A DNA stretch of 64,000 nucleotides from Candidatus Coprenecus avistercoris (GCA_018712275.1 DVHI01000096.1:107-64106), one strand, 5' to 3'. Shown: positions 16,996 through 28,034, numbered from the stretch's first letter. The notes: generated from the letters alone by a model not told the origin. Made by a program: numbers and translations.

Positions 16996-18465
16996 TTACC
17001 TGCTGTAATTGGGAGCCTCGCGAGTAATCGTCACGTCGTGGGGATGGCTCTCGGCCATACCGGCGGCGGTGATGCGCACGAAGCGGGCGTTCTTGAGTTC
17101 GGCCAGGTTGTGTGCTCCGCAGTAACCCATACCTGCACGGAGACCTCCGATAAGCTGGTATACCACCTCGGAGAGAGTACCTTTGTAAGGCACCTGGGCG
17201 ACAATGCCCTCCGGTACGAGTTTCTTGATGTCCTCCTCCATGTCCTGGAAGTAGCGGTCCTTGGAGCCCAGCTGCATGGCCTCGAGCGAGCCCATTCCGC
17301 GGTAGGACTTGAACTTACGTCCGTTGAGGATGATGGTCTCTCCGGGAGACTCCTCCACACCGGCGAAGAGCGAGCCGGCCATGATGGTGTCGGCACCGGC
17401 GGCCAGGGCCTTGACGATGTCGCCCGAGTAGCGGATACCGCCGTCGGCGATGACGGGGATACCGGAGCCCTTCAGGGCCTCGGCGGCCATCATGACTGCG
17501 GAAAGCTGGGGCACGCCCACACCGGCAATGATACGGGTGGTGCAGATGGATCCGGGACCTATGCCGACCTTCACAGCGTCCACTCCGCACTCCTTCAGAG
17601 CCTTGGCGGCCTCACCGGTAGCGATGTTGCCGGCGATGATCTGCAGGTCGGGGAACTTCTGACGGACTGTCTTCAGGACTCTCAGCACACCCTCCGAATG
17701 ACCGTGGGCGGTGTCGAAGACCAGTGCGTCCGGCTCCACAGTCATCAGCATCTCCACCTTCTGGACACTCTCGGAGTTGATGCCAACGGCGGCGGCCACG
17801 AGCAGACGGCCCTTAGCATCCTTGCTGGCGGTAGGATTGTCCTTGATCTTCATGATGTCCTTGTAGGTGATAAGGCCGGCCAGATGACCTTCCTTGTCCA
17901 CCACGAGGAGCTTCTCGATCTTGTAGCGCCGCAGGAGGTCGGTGGCCTCCTTGAGATTGGTGCCGTCGGTGGTGGTGATCAGGTTCTCCTTGGTCATCAC
18001 CTCGGACACGGGAGTCTTGGGATTGTCCTGGAAACGGAGGTCACGATTGGTGACGATACCGCAGAGCATGCCGTGGGCGTCCACGACGGGTATGCCGCCT
18101 ATGTGGTTCTCGTGCATGAGCTTGAGGGCGCCACCGACAGTGGCGTTCTCGCGGATGGTCACGGGGTCGTAGATCATGCCGTTCTCCGCCCTCTTGACCT
18201 TGCGTACCTGCTCCATCTGTACCTCGATGGGCATATTCTTGTGTATCACTCCGATACCTCCCTCACGGGCGATGGCTATCGCCAGATCAGCCTCGGTCAC
18301 GGTATCCATGGCCGCGGACACTATGGGGGTATGGAGGGATATCTCCCGGGTCAGCTTCGTGGTGATGTCCACCTCGCGGGGCAGCACGTCCGAGTGGGCC
18401 GGGATGAGGAGGACGTCATCAAAGGTGAGGCCCTCCACTATGGGTGAGTTGGTGTACATCTGCAT
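16996..18465 (-). CDS. guaB: IMP dehydrogenase
   Basis: It has the [12 protein letters not shown]-terminus, a CBS pair, and the catalytic loop [11 protein letters not shown]. Confidence 0.95.
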   Translation of the reverse strand: MQMYTNSPIVEGLTFDDVLLIPAHSDVLPREVDITTKLTREISLHTPIVSAAMDTVTEADLAIAIAREGGIGVIHKNMPIEVQMEQVRKVKRAENGMIYDPVTIRENATVGGALKLMHENHIGGIPVVDAHGMLCGIVTNRDLRFQDNPKTPVSEVMTKENLITTTDGTNLKEATDLLRRYKIEKLLVVDKEGHLAGLITYKDIMKIKDNPTASKDAKGRLLVAAAVGINSESVQKVEMLMTVEPDALVFDTAHGHSEGVLRVLKTVRQKFPDLQIIAGNIATGEAAKALKECGVDAVKVGIGPGSICTTRIIAGVGVPQLSAVMMAAEALKGSGIPVIADGGIRYSGDIVKALAAGADTIMAGSLFAGVEESPGETIILNGRKFKSYRGMGSLEAMQLGSKDRYFQDMEEDIKKLVPEGIVAQVPYKGTLSEVVYQLIGGLRAGMGYCGAHNLAELKNARFVRITAAGMAESHPHDVTITREAPNYSR

Positions 18466-18482
18466 AGCGGCCGCTCCTGGAT

Positions 18483-18764
18483 TTACTCGGCTTTCTTGGC
18501 CACTATTGCACTGAGACTGTCGTATTTTACATCGAGAGCGCTGAGCAGCTCGTCGGTGAGGTTGCGATAATATGCTCTCTTGTCACCCTCGGGATGGCTG
18601 ACTCTGGACAGCATCTCGTCCCTGAGGTCAAGAACTTCGTTGATAAGGCTGACTATCTGCTCGGCCTTCTCGTTGTCGTCGTGGAAACTCATGCTGATGA
18701 CTGCGTCTGAAACGAACTCATCCACCATGTAGTTGATGTCTTTTTTGATAACTCTTAAATTCAT
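18483..18764 (-). CDS. small hypothetical protein (93 aa)
   Basis: It is a clean ORF in an otherwise non-coding slot, co-directional with its neighbours. I recognise no motif. Confidence 0.55.
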   Translation of the reverse strand: MNLRVIKKDINYMVDEFVSDAVISMSFHDDNEKAEQIVSLINEVLDLRDEMLSRVSHPEGDKRAYYRNLTDELLSALDVKYDSLSAIVAKKAE

Positions 18765-18802
18765 GATAATCGCGATTTATAAATTATAAACTGTTAACTT
18801 TC

Positions 18803-19765
18803 CTAAAAATACCACGGATGCTTCAGAACCGTCACTATCCCCGGCTCAGTGTCCTGATGTCCGAGGATACGGCAGGCCCCTACTATCTTCTTGCCGGTGT
18901 AGGAGTCGGGTCGTCCCGGCAGCAATGAATTGATCCTCACCCGCAGGGACGAATGAATCATCATTCCGTCTCCCATGCAGATGCCCACATGGCTGACACT
19001 CCTGCCGCGTGTGTCAGTTGCGCTGCGGCCGAAAAACACCAGGTCGCCGGCCTGAAGGTTCCCAATGATATCGCCGGCATCCAGCGCCTCGCCGGTTCCT
19101 ATCTGCTGGGAAGCGTCCCGCAAGAGAATGATACCGTTGAGAAAATAGCTCAGCTTCACCAGGCCGCTGCAGTCCATCCCCTTAGGGGAGAGACCGCCCC
19201 AAAGATAGGGGAATCCCAGGAAAAGTCTGGCCGTGGCGACTATGTCGTCCCCCGTAGGAGCGGCCGCCTCCTCCATCCATTCCTTCAGCGGAGCCACACT
19301 GCCGGCAGGGACAAACCCCTTCCGCCCGTCGGGCAGGATCACCGGTGTGAAGCCTTTCTGCTCCGGAGCATTGTCCTTTTCCAGAATATTGCCCATCACA
19401 CAGTCTGTAAGGACTGCCGTCCCTTCTTCCGGAGCCTCCGTCACCAGTATGAAATAATCCTTGACGATCAGACGCTCCGCCTGCGTCCATTCCTCCAGTC
19501 CATCCTCCGAAAGCAGAGCAATGTTCTGCTCCGTAGTCCAGCCCTCATATCCCTCAGGTGTTACGATGGAATACCAGTAACTTTCCTTTCCTGTGACCTC
19601 TACAGGAGTGCCCATCATGGCCTGCGAAACCGTCTCGGACTGATAATCAGGAGATTTCTTCATATCTGTAACTGACACTGAGACCAGCGCCATGCCCTTC
19701 CGGACCTCCGCCCGCAGCGGAGAGAACAGGATAAGGGACAGAAATATGAGCAAAACTTTCTTCAT
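18803..19765 (-). CDS. NlpC/P60 (C40) peptidase with N-terminal SH3-like region
   Basis: It has a signal peptide, a catalytic Cys context (GMDCSGLVKLSY) and a His context (SHVGICMGDGMMIHS). Confidence 0.85.
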   Translation of the reverse strand: MKKVLLIFLSLILFSPLRAEVRKGMALVSVSVTDMKKSPDYQSETVSQAMMGTPVEVTGKESYWYSIVTPEGYEGWTTEQNIALLSEDGLEEWTQAERLIVKDYFILVTEAPEEGTAVLTDCVMGNILEKDNAPEQKGFTPVILPDGRKGFVPAGSVAPLKEWMEEAAAPTGDDIVATARLFLGFPYLWGGLSPKGMDCSGLVKLSYFLNGIILLRDASQQIGTGEALDAGDIIGNLQAGDLVFFGRSATDTRGRSVSHVGICMGDGMMIHSSLRVRINSLLPGRPDSYTGKKIVGACRILGHQDTEPGIVTVLKHPWYF

Positions 19766-19810
19766 TCCTGCAAATATAGGCGAGTTTTTCTTATTTTTGA
19801 AAAATTTATT

Positions 19811-20959
19811 ATGAAACGGATACTACTTATATTCCTTCTGGCCATCCTGAGCCTAGGCGCCGGAGCCCGGGACTCGCTCAGCATATCACTTCTCACCTGC
19901 TCCCAAGGACGGGACATCTCCTCAGCATTCGGACATTCGGCCCTGAGGGTCAAGGATCTCCGGAACGGGCGCGACATGGTCTTCAACTACGGTACATTCA
20001 GTTTCCAGGAGCCGCATTTCATGCTCAACTTCCTGCGCGGAGACCTCAACTATTTTCTGTCCGTCAGTTCTTTCCAGCAATTCAAGCGGTCCTATGAAGC
20101 CACGGGACGCGGCATCTACGAGCAGACACTCAATCTCACCCCGCTTCAGGCAGCCGATCTATACTCGTTTCTCATTGACAATTACAAGCCATCCAACCGG
20201 TACTACCTCTACGACTTCCTGCAGGACAACTGCGCCACCCGCATCCGGGACATATTCGACAGGAACAGGGATTACAGCGTGAAAGACACCCTCTCCAGCC
20301 TGACCTACCGCGACGAACTGACCAGACTTGTCGGCGACCGCCGCTGGATGATGTTCGGCATCGACCTGATACTTGGAGCGAAAGTTGACAGGGAGATTAC
20401 CGTCAGGGAGACAGCCTTCCTGCCTGACCGCCTCTCGGAAGTACTTAGGAACTACGGCAATGCAGAACTGGATGGCACCAGGCTGGCCTCCGCAAGCCGC
20501 ATGCTCTCATCACCTGCACCGGAACCGGGCAGATGGAAGGACATACTCTCCAAGGCCTCCAGTCCGTTCACAGTCTTTACTCTGCTGTTTGTACTCTATC
20601 TGGTATTCTACCTGCGCAGCGGCAACAAGTGGAGATTCATGAGCATCTGCTCGACCATCCTGTACATCATTCTCGGCCTCGGAGGCATCATTATCTGCCT
20701 GATGTGGTTTGCCACCCATCATGTATGGACAGCAGACAACTGGAACCTGCTGTGGATGAACCCGCTTTTCCTAATACCGGTCTGCATGCCGAACTGCTGG
20801 GCCAAGAATCTGATCATAGACCTGCTGGCTGCCGTGGCCGCTATCGGACTGATATGCTCGTGGCTGCTGCCCCAGACATTCCATCCGGCCGCAGCCGTCA
20901 TCATCCTGCTCACCGTGCTCATGGCCCTGAGCCGCAGAGCCATCTACCGTAAATACTAA
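19811..20959 (+). CDS. DUF4105 (Lnb N-terminal domain) membrane protein
   Basis: The N-terminal region SLLTCSQGRDISSAFGHSALRV is typical of DUF4105. C-terminal transmembrane helices are present. Confidence 0.7.
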   Translation: MKRILLIFLLAILSLGAGARDSLSISLLTCSQGRDISSAFGHSALRVKDLRNGRDMVFNYGTFSFQEPHFMLNFLRGDLNYFLSVSSFQQFKRSYEATGRGIYEQTLNLTPLQAADLYSFLIDNYKPSNRYYLYDFLQDNCATRIRDIFDRNRDYSVKDTLSSLTYRDELTRLVGDRRWMMFGIDLILGAKVDREITVRETAFLPDRLSEVLRNYGNAELDGTRLASASRMLSSPAPEPGRWKDILSKASSPFTVFTLLFVLYLVFYLRSGNKWRFMSICSTILYIILGLGGIIICLMWFATHHVWTADNWNLLWMNPLFLIPVCMPNCWAKNLIIDLLAAVAAIGLICSWLLPQTFHPAAAVIILLTVLMALSRRAIYRKY

Positions 20960-20971
20960 AAGCCTTACTAT

Positions 20972-21418
20972 ATGATACTCGACTCACTCAAAAGTTTTGA
21001 AAAATACGTCAACCTGCACGCTTCCTTCGGCAAGGTGCTGGAATTCATCCGTAAGAACGATCTGCACACCCTCTCCGAGGGCAAGCACGTCATCGAGGAG
21101 GACAATATCTGGTGTACCGTATCCACCGCACAGTGCAAGGACGAGTCCGAATCTCCCCTGGAGGTGCACGACTCCTTCATAGACATCCACGTGGTTCTGG
21201 AAGGGACCGAGATTATCGGCTTCCGCGACAGGGCCAAGTGCATGGGTGTCAACGTGGACTACAATGCCGAGAAAGACGTGGCCTTCCTCAAGGAAGAGCC
21301 CGAGGCCTATATCAGCTACGGGGACGACAACATGGTTATCTGCTTTCCCCAGGACTGCCACGCACCCCTGATCGGGGACGGAGAAGTCCGCAAGGCCGTA
21401 TTCAAGGTCCGGTTCTAG
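20972..21418 (+). CDS. YhcH/YjgK/YiaL (DUF386) family protein
   Basis: It is 148 aa long. The pattern is typical of the family: MILDSLKSFEKY..., H..YIDIH..LEG.E.I. Confidence 0.75.
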   Translation: MILDSLKSFEKYVNLHASFGKVLEFIRKNDLHTLSEGKHVIEEDNIWCTVSTAQCKDESESPLEVHDSFIDIHVVLEGTEIIGFRDRAKCMGVNVDYNAEKDVAFLKEEPEAYISYGDDNMVICFPQDCHAPLIGDGEVRKAVFKVRF

Positions 21419-21424
21419 ACTGCT

Positions 21425-22351
21425 TTGGCCGTGGGCAGATACAATTCCTACATAGGCTATTTCAAGAAAACATACGGCGAGCGGCTGCAGAAAGTGGTGG
21501 TGGACGCCGGCTTCACCTGCCCGAACCGGGACGGACTGGTCGGGACAGGCGGCTGCACGTACTGCGACAACGCCGCCTTTCACCCGGGCTACAGTACAGC
21601 GGGCATTCCTATTCACAAACAGATCGACGAGGGCATCAAGTTCCACCGGGTCCGCTACCGCAAGGCTGAGAAATTCCTGGCCTACTTCCAGCCCTATTCC
21701 AATACATACGCGCCTCTCGAAAGGCTGCGTGAGGTGTATGAGGAAGCCCTCTCCCACCCACTGGTGGCCGGCATCGTCATAGGTACCCGGCCCGACTGCG
21801 TGGACGAGGACAAGCTGGACTTCCTGGCATCCCTGGCCCGGGACCACGTGGTGGTCATCGAATACGGAATAGAGTCCGTATACGACCGGACCCTGCAGCG
21901 CATAAACCGGGGACATTCCTTCGAGGATGCAGTACGCGCCGTGGAGATGACAGCCGCCCGGGGACTTACTCAGGGCGCACACTTCATCTTCGGGCTGCCG
22001 GGTGAAACGGTCGGGGACATGCTGGGCTACGCACCTATTATAAATAAGCTGCCGCTGCACTCGGTCAAGTTCCATCAGCTGCAGATCGTCCGAGGCACCG
22101 CAATGGAGAAGGAATTCGCCGCCCGCCCGTCCGACTTCGTGACATTCTCCCTGGATGAGTATTTAGATTTCATTGCAGACCTGCTCGAGCGCCTCCGCCC
22201 GGACCTGTACATAGAGCGCTTCGCCGGGGAAGTCCCGCCCCGTTTCGTCAACTCCACCCCATGGGGGCTGCTCCGCAATACCGAGCTCATCCGGCTGCTC
22301 GAGCAGCGGCTGGAGCAGCGCAATACCTTTCAGGGACGCCTTTTCAAATAA
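21425..22351 (+). CDS. TIGR01212-family radical SAM protein
   Basis: It has DAGFTCPNRDG and GGCTYCDN motifs. The start is non-ATG, either TTG at 21425 or GTG at 21431. Confidence 0.85.
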   Translation: MAVGRYNSYIGYFKKTYGERLQKVVVDAGFTCPNRDGLVGTGGCTYCDNAAFHPGYSTAGIPIHKQIDEGIKFHRVRYRKAEKFLAYFQPYSNTYAPLERLREVYEEALSHPLVAGIVIGTRPDCVDEDKLDFLASLARDHVVVIEYGIESVYDRTLQRINRGHSFEDAVRAVEMTAARGLTQGAHFIFGLPGETVGDMLGYAPIINKLPLHSVKFHQLQIVRGTAMEKEFAARPSDFVTFSLDEYLDFIADLLERLRPDLYIERFAGEVPPRFVNSTPWGLLRNTELIRLLEQRLEQRNTFQGRLFK

Positions 22352-22387
22352 AAAAACTGACTCACGGTTCTGCGAGTCAGTTTTTTC
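22350..22387. terminator. bidirectional rho-independent terminator between convergent genes
   Basis: The stem is CTGACTC/GAGTCAG (22358-22380). It is flanked by an A-run on one side and a T-run on the other. Confidence 0.6.
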
Positions 22388-22412
22388 TATTATATGAGAG
22401 TACTGGATACGC

Positions 22413-24659
22413 TTACTTGCGTCCGCCTCTGTCACCGTCGCGGCGGGGACCTCTTCCGCGGTCGCCTCCACGGTCACGGCCACCGCGGCCGCCGCCGTTG
22501 GAACCTCCGTTGAGACGGGGCTTGCGCTCATGCTCCACCCATCCTTCGGGTGCGGGCAGCAGAGCCCTGCGGGAAAGTCTCATCTTGCCGGTCTTCTGGT
22601 CGATCTCGAGGAGCTTGACATCCACCTCGTCTCCTACCTGGAGAACGTCCTCCACCTTGTCGACCTTCTTGTAGTCGAGCTCGGAGATGTGCAGCAGGCC
22701 TTCCTTACCGGGCAGAATCTCCACAAAAGCGCCGAACTCGAGAATCGACACTACCTTGCCGTGATAGGTCTCACCGACCTCGGGCACTGTGGTGATGGCC
22801 TTGATGCGGGCCAGAGCAGCGTCCATGGATTCCTTGTTCTCTCCGAAGATATCAATGATGCCCTGGTCACCCTCTTCAGTGATGGTGATAGTGGTACCGG
22901 TAGTCTTCTGTATCTCCTGAATGACCTTGCCGCCGGTGCCGATAACGGCGCCGATAAACTCGGAAGGAATCGTAATCTGCACGATGCGGGGTACATTGGG
23001 ACGGTACTCGGCGCGGGGCTCGGAGATGGTCTTCATCATCTCGCCCATGATGTGGGCGCGGCCTTCCTTGGCCTGTGCCAGAGCCTGCTCAAGAACCTCG
23101 TAGGGCAGTCCATCCACCTTGATGTCCATCTGGGTGGCGGTGATGCCGTCCTTGGTTCCGGTCACCTTGAAGTCCATGTCTCCGAGATGGTCCTCATCGC
23201 CGAGAATGTCGGAGAGCACTACGAACTTACCTGTCTTCTCATCGGAAATAAGACCCATGGCAATACCGGCTACCGGTTTCTTGATCTTTACACCGCAGTC
23301 CATCAGGGCCAGGGTGCCGGCGCAGACTGTGGCCATTGAGGACGAGCCGTTGGACTCGAGGATGTCGGATACCACGCGGACTGCATAGGGATTCTCCTCA
23401 CCTACTGGAACTACGGGCTTGAGAGCCCTCCATGCCAGGTTGCCGTGACCAATCTCCCTGCGGCCCACTCCACGCTGAGGCTTGGCCTCACCGGTTGCGA
23501 AAGGAGGGAAGTTGTAGTGGAGCACGAACTGCTGGGTACCCTGCACAAGCACCTCGTCCAGCTCCTTCATATCCATCTTGGTGCCGAGGGTCACGGTCGA
23601 CAGGGACTGAGTCTCACCACGGGTGAAGATGGCCGAGCCGTGCGCTCCGGGCAGATAGCCCACCTCACACCATATCGGGCGGATCTGAGCGGTGGTACGT
23701 CCGTCGAGGCGCACACCCTCGTCTATGATCATGCGGCGCATGGCCTCTTTCTCCACAGCACCGTAATATCTGCTGACCATCATCTCCTTCTCCTCTCTCT
23801 CCTCCTCGGGAATGGTCTCCATGAATTCCTCTTTCAGGGCATCGAAAGCGTCCTCCCTCTCGTGCTTGGCCAGACCGCTCTTGGCGATGGCGTAGCACTT
23901 GTCATAGCAGTAGTCGTGAACTGCCTTGCGCAGGTCCTCGTCATTGACCTCGTGGCAGTAGGCCTTCTTCTCCACCTTGCCGAGCTCAACCATCATCTCC
24001 TTCTGCACGCGGCACTGCTCCTTGATAGCCTCGTGGGCGCACTTGATGGCCTCGAGCATCTCTGCCTCGCTCACCTCCTTCATCTCTCCCTCTACCATCA
24101 TGATATTCTCCTCGGTAGCGGCGACAATCAGGTCGATATCGGCGTTGTCCACTGTCTGGAAAGTGGGGTTGATGACGAACTTGCCGTCGATACGGGCCAC
24201 CCTCACCTCCGAAATAGGTCCGTGCCAGGGAATATCGCTCACTGCCAGCGCGGCGGAAGCTGCCAGGCCAGCATAACTGTCAGGCATGTTCACCTTGTCA
24301 GCGGAAATCATGAGCACATTGACGAACACCTCGGCATGAAAATCATCGGGGAACAACGGGCGGAGAGCTCTGTCCACCAGTCGGGCTACCAGAATCTCCG
24401 AATCCGACGCACGTCCCTCCCTCTTGAGGAAACCTCCGGGATAACGGCCTGCGGCGGCATATTTTTCCTTGTACTCCACCGACAGAGGCATGAAATCTAC
24501 GTCCTCCTTGGCATCCTTGGCACATGTAACTGTTGCCAGCAGCATCATGCCGCCGACCTTTACAACTACCGAACCGGCCGCCTGCTTGGCGAGTTTGCCG
24601 GTTTCGATCTCAACGATCGTTCCATCACCCATTGTGATGGTCTTCTTAACTATATTCAT
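22413..24659 (-). CDS. pnp: polynucleotide phosphorylase, with an RGG-rich C-terminal tail
   Basis: It has two RNase PH domains, then KH (GGKVIQEI) and S1 ([27 protein letters not shown]) domains. It is 748 aa long. Confidence 0.95.
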   Translation of the reverse strand: MNIVKKTITMGDGTIVEIETGKLAKQAAGSVVVKVGGMMLLATVTCAKDAKEDVDFMPLSVEYKEKYAAAGRYPGGFLKREGRASDSEILVARLVDRALRPLFPDDFHAEVFVNVLMISADKVNMPDSYAGLAASAALAVSDIPWHGPISEVRVARIDGKFVINPTFQTVDNADIDLIVAATEENIMMVEGEMKEVSEAEMLEAIKCAHEAIKEQCRVQKEMMVELGKVEKKAYCHEVNDEDLRKAVHDYCYDKCYAIAKSGLAKHEREDAFDALKEEFMETIPEEEREEKEMMVSRYYGAVEKEAMRRMIIDEGVRLDGRTTAQIRPIWCEVGYLPGAHGSAIFTRGETQSLSTVTLGTKMDMKELDEVLVQGTQQFVLHYNFPPFATGEAKPQRGVGRREIGHGNLAWRALKPVVPVGEENPYAVRVVSDILESNGSSSMATVCAGTLALMDCGVKIKKPVAGIAMGLISDEKTGKFVVLSDILGDEDHLGDMDFKVTGTKDGITATQMDIKVDGLPYEVLEQALAQAKEGRAHIMGEMMKTISEPRAEYRPNVPRIVQITIPSEFIGAVIGTGGKVIQEIQKTTGTTITITEEGDQGIIDIFGENKESMDAALARIKAITTVPEVGETYHGKVVSILEFGAFVEILPGKEGLLHISELDYKKVDKVEDVLQVGDEVDVKLLEIDQKTGKMRLSRRALLPAPEGWVEHERKPRLNGGSNGGGRGGRDRGGDRGRGPRRDGDRGGRK

Positions 24660-24707
24660 ATTGTCCTTCTAATTGTGTCTGCCTTATGAGAGCCGGTCAC
24701 AGCTATC

Positions 24708-24746
24708 AAGAAAAAGGGGCTGCCCAGTCTGTCTTGACAACCCCGT
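24708..24746 (-). terminator. rpsO terminator / pnp leader hairpin
   Basis: The minus strand reads GGGGTTG-loop-CAGCCCC followed by TTTTTCTT. It lies between rpsO and pnp. Confidence 0.45.
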
Positions 24747-24769
24747 TTCTCTTACGAAGCCAAAGCCGC

Positions 24770-25045
24770 TTATTTACGTAAGCCGAGAGCTTTGACAATC
24801 TCCCTGTATCTCTCAATATCCTTGGCCTTCAGGTAATCGAGGAGGCGACGCCTCTTACCTACAAGACGGAGCAGGGCACGCTGGGTGCCGAAATCCTTCT
24901 TGTTGTTGCGAAGGTGTTCTGTCAGATGAGCGATACGGTAGGAAAATAGAGCAATCTGACTCTCTGCCGAGCCGGTGTCCGTATTAGACTTCCCGTATTT
25001 AGCGAAAATCTCCTGCTTCTTGTCTGCTGCAAGATACTCTGCCAT
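24770..25045 (-). CDS. rpsO: 30S ribosomal protein S15
   Basis: It is 91 aa long and carries the motifs GSAESQIALFSYRIAHLTEHL and LLRLVGKRRRLLDYL. Confidence 0.95.
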   Translation of the reverse strand: MAEYLAADKKQEIFAKYGKSNTDTGSAESQIALFSYRIAHLTEHLRNNKKDFGTQRALLRLVGKRRRLLDYLKAKDIERYREIVKALGLRK

Positions 25046-25168
25046 AAACCTTTAAATTAAAAAATCAGTTAAACTTATATTCTTCCCCAAAATCGGGGAT
25101 GCAAAGATATGTAATTAAAATCAATTTTCGCTACTTTTGCGGACAATTTTTATGCCGAATCTCAATTC

Positions 25169-25771
25169 ATGCCCAGGGCAAACTTACAGAAACTCATCTC
25201 CGTTCCAGGAATCGGCGAAGTCCGGCTGACCAAAAGGGCCGGTTCCGTACGGCTGCGCATCAGCGTCTCTCCCAGGAGCGGGGTCGCCGTATCCATGCCC
25301 CGGCACGTCCCCTGGTCTGCCGGTATCCGTTTTCTGGAAGCCAAGCGGCAATGGGTCGAGGCCGCGCTGCAACGGCAGGCCCTCATCCAGCAGAAAACAA
25401 TCCGCGAAGGCAGGACCGCCGCCGTTCCGGAAGACCCGGCCGCCCTTGAACGGATGCGGGAACAGGCACGGGCCACACTCGTTCCCAGACTGCGGGAGGC
25501 CACGGACCGCTTCGGATTCCCCTTCAGGGGCCGCGTAACTATCAAAAACAATGTCTCCAACTGGGGCTCCTGCTCCTCGAAGGGAAACATCAACCTCAAC
25601 ATCCGTCTCATCATCCTGCCCGAGCACCTGCAGGACTACGTCATCCTCCACGAACTATGCCACCTCCGCCACCAGAACCACGGCCCTCAGTTCCACGCCC
25701 TGCTGGACTCCCTCCTCGGAGGCCGCGAAGCAGATCTCAGACGCGAGCTCCGCGGCTGGCGGATAATATAA
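25169..25771 (+). CDS. YgjP/DUF45-like HExxH metallohydrolase (M48/SprT-like)
   Basis: It has an HELCHLRHQNH motif near the C-terminus and is 200 aa long. TACTTTTG at 25132-25139 is a possible -7 box. Confidence 0.75.
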   Translation: MPRANLQKLISVPGIGEVRLTKRAGSVRLRISVSPRSGVAVSMPRHVPWSAGIRFLEAKRQWVEAALQRQALIQQKTIREGRTAAVPEDPAALERMREQARATLVPRLREATDRFGFPFRGRVTIKNNVSNWGSCSSKGNINLNIRLIILPEHLQDYVILHELCHLRHQNHGPQFHALLDSLLGGREADLRRELRGWRII

Positions 25772-25888
25772 ACTTGCCTGCCTATTTATGAAAACTTTTT
25801 AATAACTTTGCAGCCGGAATGCCGGCTCCGGCCAGCTTTTCATAACTTAAACTGACATTAACTATAATCTTCATAAATACCTATTTTC

Positions 25889-27223
25889 ATGAAAAAAACC
25901 ATTATTTCAACAGGCATCGCTATCATAGCGTCACTGTTATTCTCCTCATGCGTAGATCTTTCTGAATCAGAATCCGTAACCGCTCTCCGTGAAGCCAAAA
26001 GCGCCCAACTTCAGGCCATGGCCGACATGTACCGCACACAGGCTGCAGCCGACTCCCTGTTAGCCGCAGCAGAAGCTGACCTGAAAGCCGCTCAGGCAGA
26101 ATACCAGAGACTTCTCACCGAACAGGCCCGCCAGAAGTTCGAACTGGAAATAGAGTGGCTGGCCATGGACTACGAGTACAAGATGCTTCAACTCGAATAC
26201 GATATACAGAACATGCAGCAGCAGATTCTGGATGACGCCTCCGCCCATATCCAGCAGCTGTTCCAGTACTACAAGACTGAAATGCAGGAACTCAACGACC
26301 TCAAAACCGAACTGCACCAGCAGAACATCATGCTGGCCAAGGCCGATGCGGACATCCTTAACGCCCAGGACTACGTAGCAAGAGAAACCGCCCGGTACGA
26401 AAGCCTTATATCCGATGCTGAAAGCGAGATAGCAGTCCTCGAAGCATATCAGGGTCAGGATCTGGCGGACGTCAGAGCCCGGTACTACACAGCATACGCT
26501 GACTATGACACTAAATATAATGACTACAGCATCAAGTATGGAGATATGGAGATAGCCTACTCCGCTATCGAGGAGCACATCCTGAACAACTACTCCAAGG
26601 ACAATATCTGCAACAGCACCCATGAGGCCATCAAAATAATGGACACCCTGTCCTCCGAATATGGTGTTACCATCAGCATCGAGAGACGCAGAATATACCG
26701 TGCCACCGTAGACTACGGCCACCTGGCATATCCTGAAGTAACCTACACCGTTTGCTCAATATCCGACGCCGAACGTGATGCTCTGTACACAAGCCTTGCG
26801 AGCAATCCCAGTGAGCTTGAAGCCGTTGCAGCTCTCTTCAGCAAGCTCGATAATGTCTACACCTCATACACAGATGAGGTATCATCTCTCAGATCACACC
26901 CTCTTACAACTGCCTACTTCGATGCCTGCGACATCTGTGAGGCCGCATACATCCTGCAGCACGAGGCATACCTCGAAGTCGAGATACTGTCAGATCTGGT
27001 TTCATCCGGCCTTCTCACTGATTTTCAGTCAGAAATACGCGAATTAAAGGACAGCATCGACTCATGGAGAGTCGCCATAGCCCAGCTCACTCAGATAGAG
27101 GATGCTGAGGATGCCAAACGCCAGATAGAGGACAGCATAGCACAGCTCAACGAACTGATTGCAGCGCAAGAGCAGATAGTAGCCCTGGCAAAAGCTGACC
27201 TCGACGCAGCCCTAGCACAGTAA
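25889..27223 (+). CDS. coiled-coil lipoprotein of unknown function (444 aa)
   Basis: It has a lipobox (IASLLFSSC). Long Ala/Gln/Glu/Leu heptad-like stretches occur at both ends. Confidence 0.7.
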   Translation: MKKTIISTGIAIIASLLFSSCVDLSESESVTALREAKSAQLQAMADMYRTQAAADSLLAAAEADLKAAQAEYQRLLTEQARQKFELEIEWLAMDYEYKMLQLEYDIQNMQQQILDDASAHIQQLFQYYKTEMQELNDLKTELHQQNIMLAKADADILNAQDYVARETARYESLISDAESEIAVLEAYQGQDLADVRARYYTAYADYDTKYNDYSIKYGDMEIAYSAIEEHILNNYSKDNICNSTHEAIKIMDTLSSEYGVTISIERRRIYRATVDYGHLAYPEVTYTVCSISDAERDALYTSLASNPSELEAVAALFSKLDNVYTSYTDEVSSLRSHPLTTAYFDACDICEAAYILQHEAYLEVEILSDLVSSGLLTDFQSEIRELKDSIDSWRVAIAQLTQIEDAEDAKRQIEDSIAQLNELIAAQEQIVALAKADLDAALAQ

Positions 27224-27254
27224 CAGTCCACCTGGTCCTATAAAACGAACTGAA

Positions 27255-28004
27255 ATGAGAAAAGCAATATCAATCCTGACTATCGCCGTCCTGCTGTCCG
27301 GTCTTACCGCACAAGCCCAGACGCATCAGCGCGGAGCCCGTCAGGGAGACTTCACCTTCGGTGTCACAGCCGGTTATAACTCGAGCGTAATGCTCAGTGC
27401 CAAGCCAGGCAACCAGACATCGTACTCCACTTCCGCCCTCTCAACCAACTGGAACGACAAGACACTGGCAGTAGGTGTAGAAGTGGGGTGGTTCTTCGTG
27501 GACCTGTGGCGCCTGAACTTCGGAGGCGGGTTCAATATAACGCAGACACCCGGTTATCCACCGGTCAACGGAACATACGATGAAAATTCCGAACCCGGTG
27601 ACGGTTCCATACCGTCGTACGAAGGAGTTGCCGCCAAGACCACCATGCAATACAGTGCACACCTGGGTGTGGACCGCTACTTCGACATCGGGGTGGAGGG
27701 CCTGTATCCATATGTTGGCATAAAAGGCGGTTTCGCCTATGGATTCGAGGCTGCGTCAATGGACGACGAGACATGGACAGGCAAGTCGGTATCAGAGGCC
27801 TACAATATCCGGGGTGCCCTGACTTTCGGCTCCGACTACTTCATCACCCAGGCGTTCTTCGTGGGAGCGTCCATTGACGTCTTCGCATACACCTATAACT
27901 TCACTGTCATCAAGCCACAGGAAGGGCTCGCCGGCCTGGCCGCCAACAGCCACAACTTCAGCGCCCTTGCCGCCCCGACCATCAAGATCGGCTTTGTATT
28001 CTAG
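27255..28004 (+). CDS. small outer-membrane beta-barrel protein
   Basis: It has a signal peptide (LLSGLTAQAQ). Alternating aromatic/Gly beta-strand patterns are present. The C-terminus ends KIGFVF with a terminal Phe. Confidence 0.7.
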   Translation: MRKAISILTIAVLLSGLTAQAQTHQRGARQGDFTFGVTAGYNSSVMLSAKPGNQTSYSTSALSTNWNDKTLAVGVEVGWFFVDLWRLNFGGGFNITQTPGYPPVNGTYDENSEPGDGSIPSYEGVAAKTTMQYSAHLGVDRYFDIGVEGLYPYVGIKGGFAYGFEAASMDDETWTGKSVSEAYNIRGALTFGSDYFITQAFFVGASIDVFAYTYNFTVIKPQEGLAGLAANSHNFSALAAPTIKIGFVF

Positions 28005-28034
28005 TCTCCGTCAGGAAGTATTCAAACTCTTAAG

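Noticed and set aside
17038-18447. Long antisense ORFs opposite guaB. Similar ones occur at 2797-3786, 11153-12334, 20984-22075, 23445-24689, 28995-30422, 39266-41192, 53060-54211, 55202-56080 and 57323-58510.
   Set aside because: The shadow-ORF argument applies to all of them. Each lies opposite a gene with strong family signatures. Several cross real gene boundaries, and none has a promoter-like context or a recognisable domain.
19766-19810. Divergent TAnnTTTG boxes (19771-19778 on the minus strand, 19792-19799 on the plus strand) in the 45-nt spacer between the NlpC/P60 and DUF4105 genes.
   Set aside because: Both boxes sit only 5-11 nt from the start codons, implying near-leaderless mRNAs. 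That is plausible, but I cannot support it without TSS data, so I did not list them as features.
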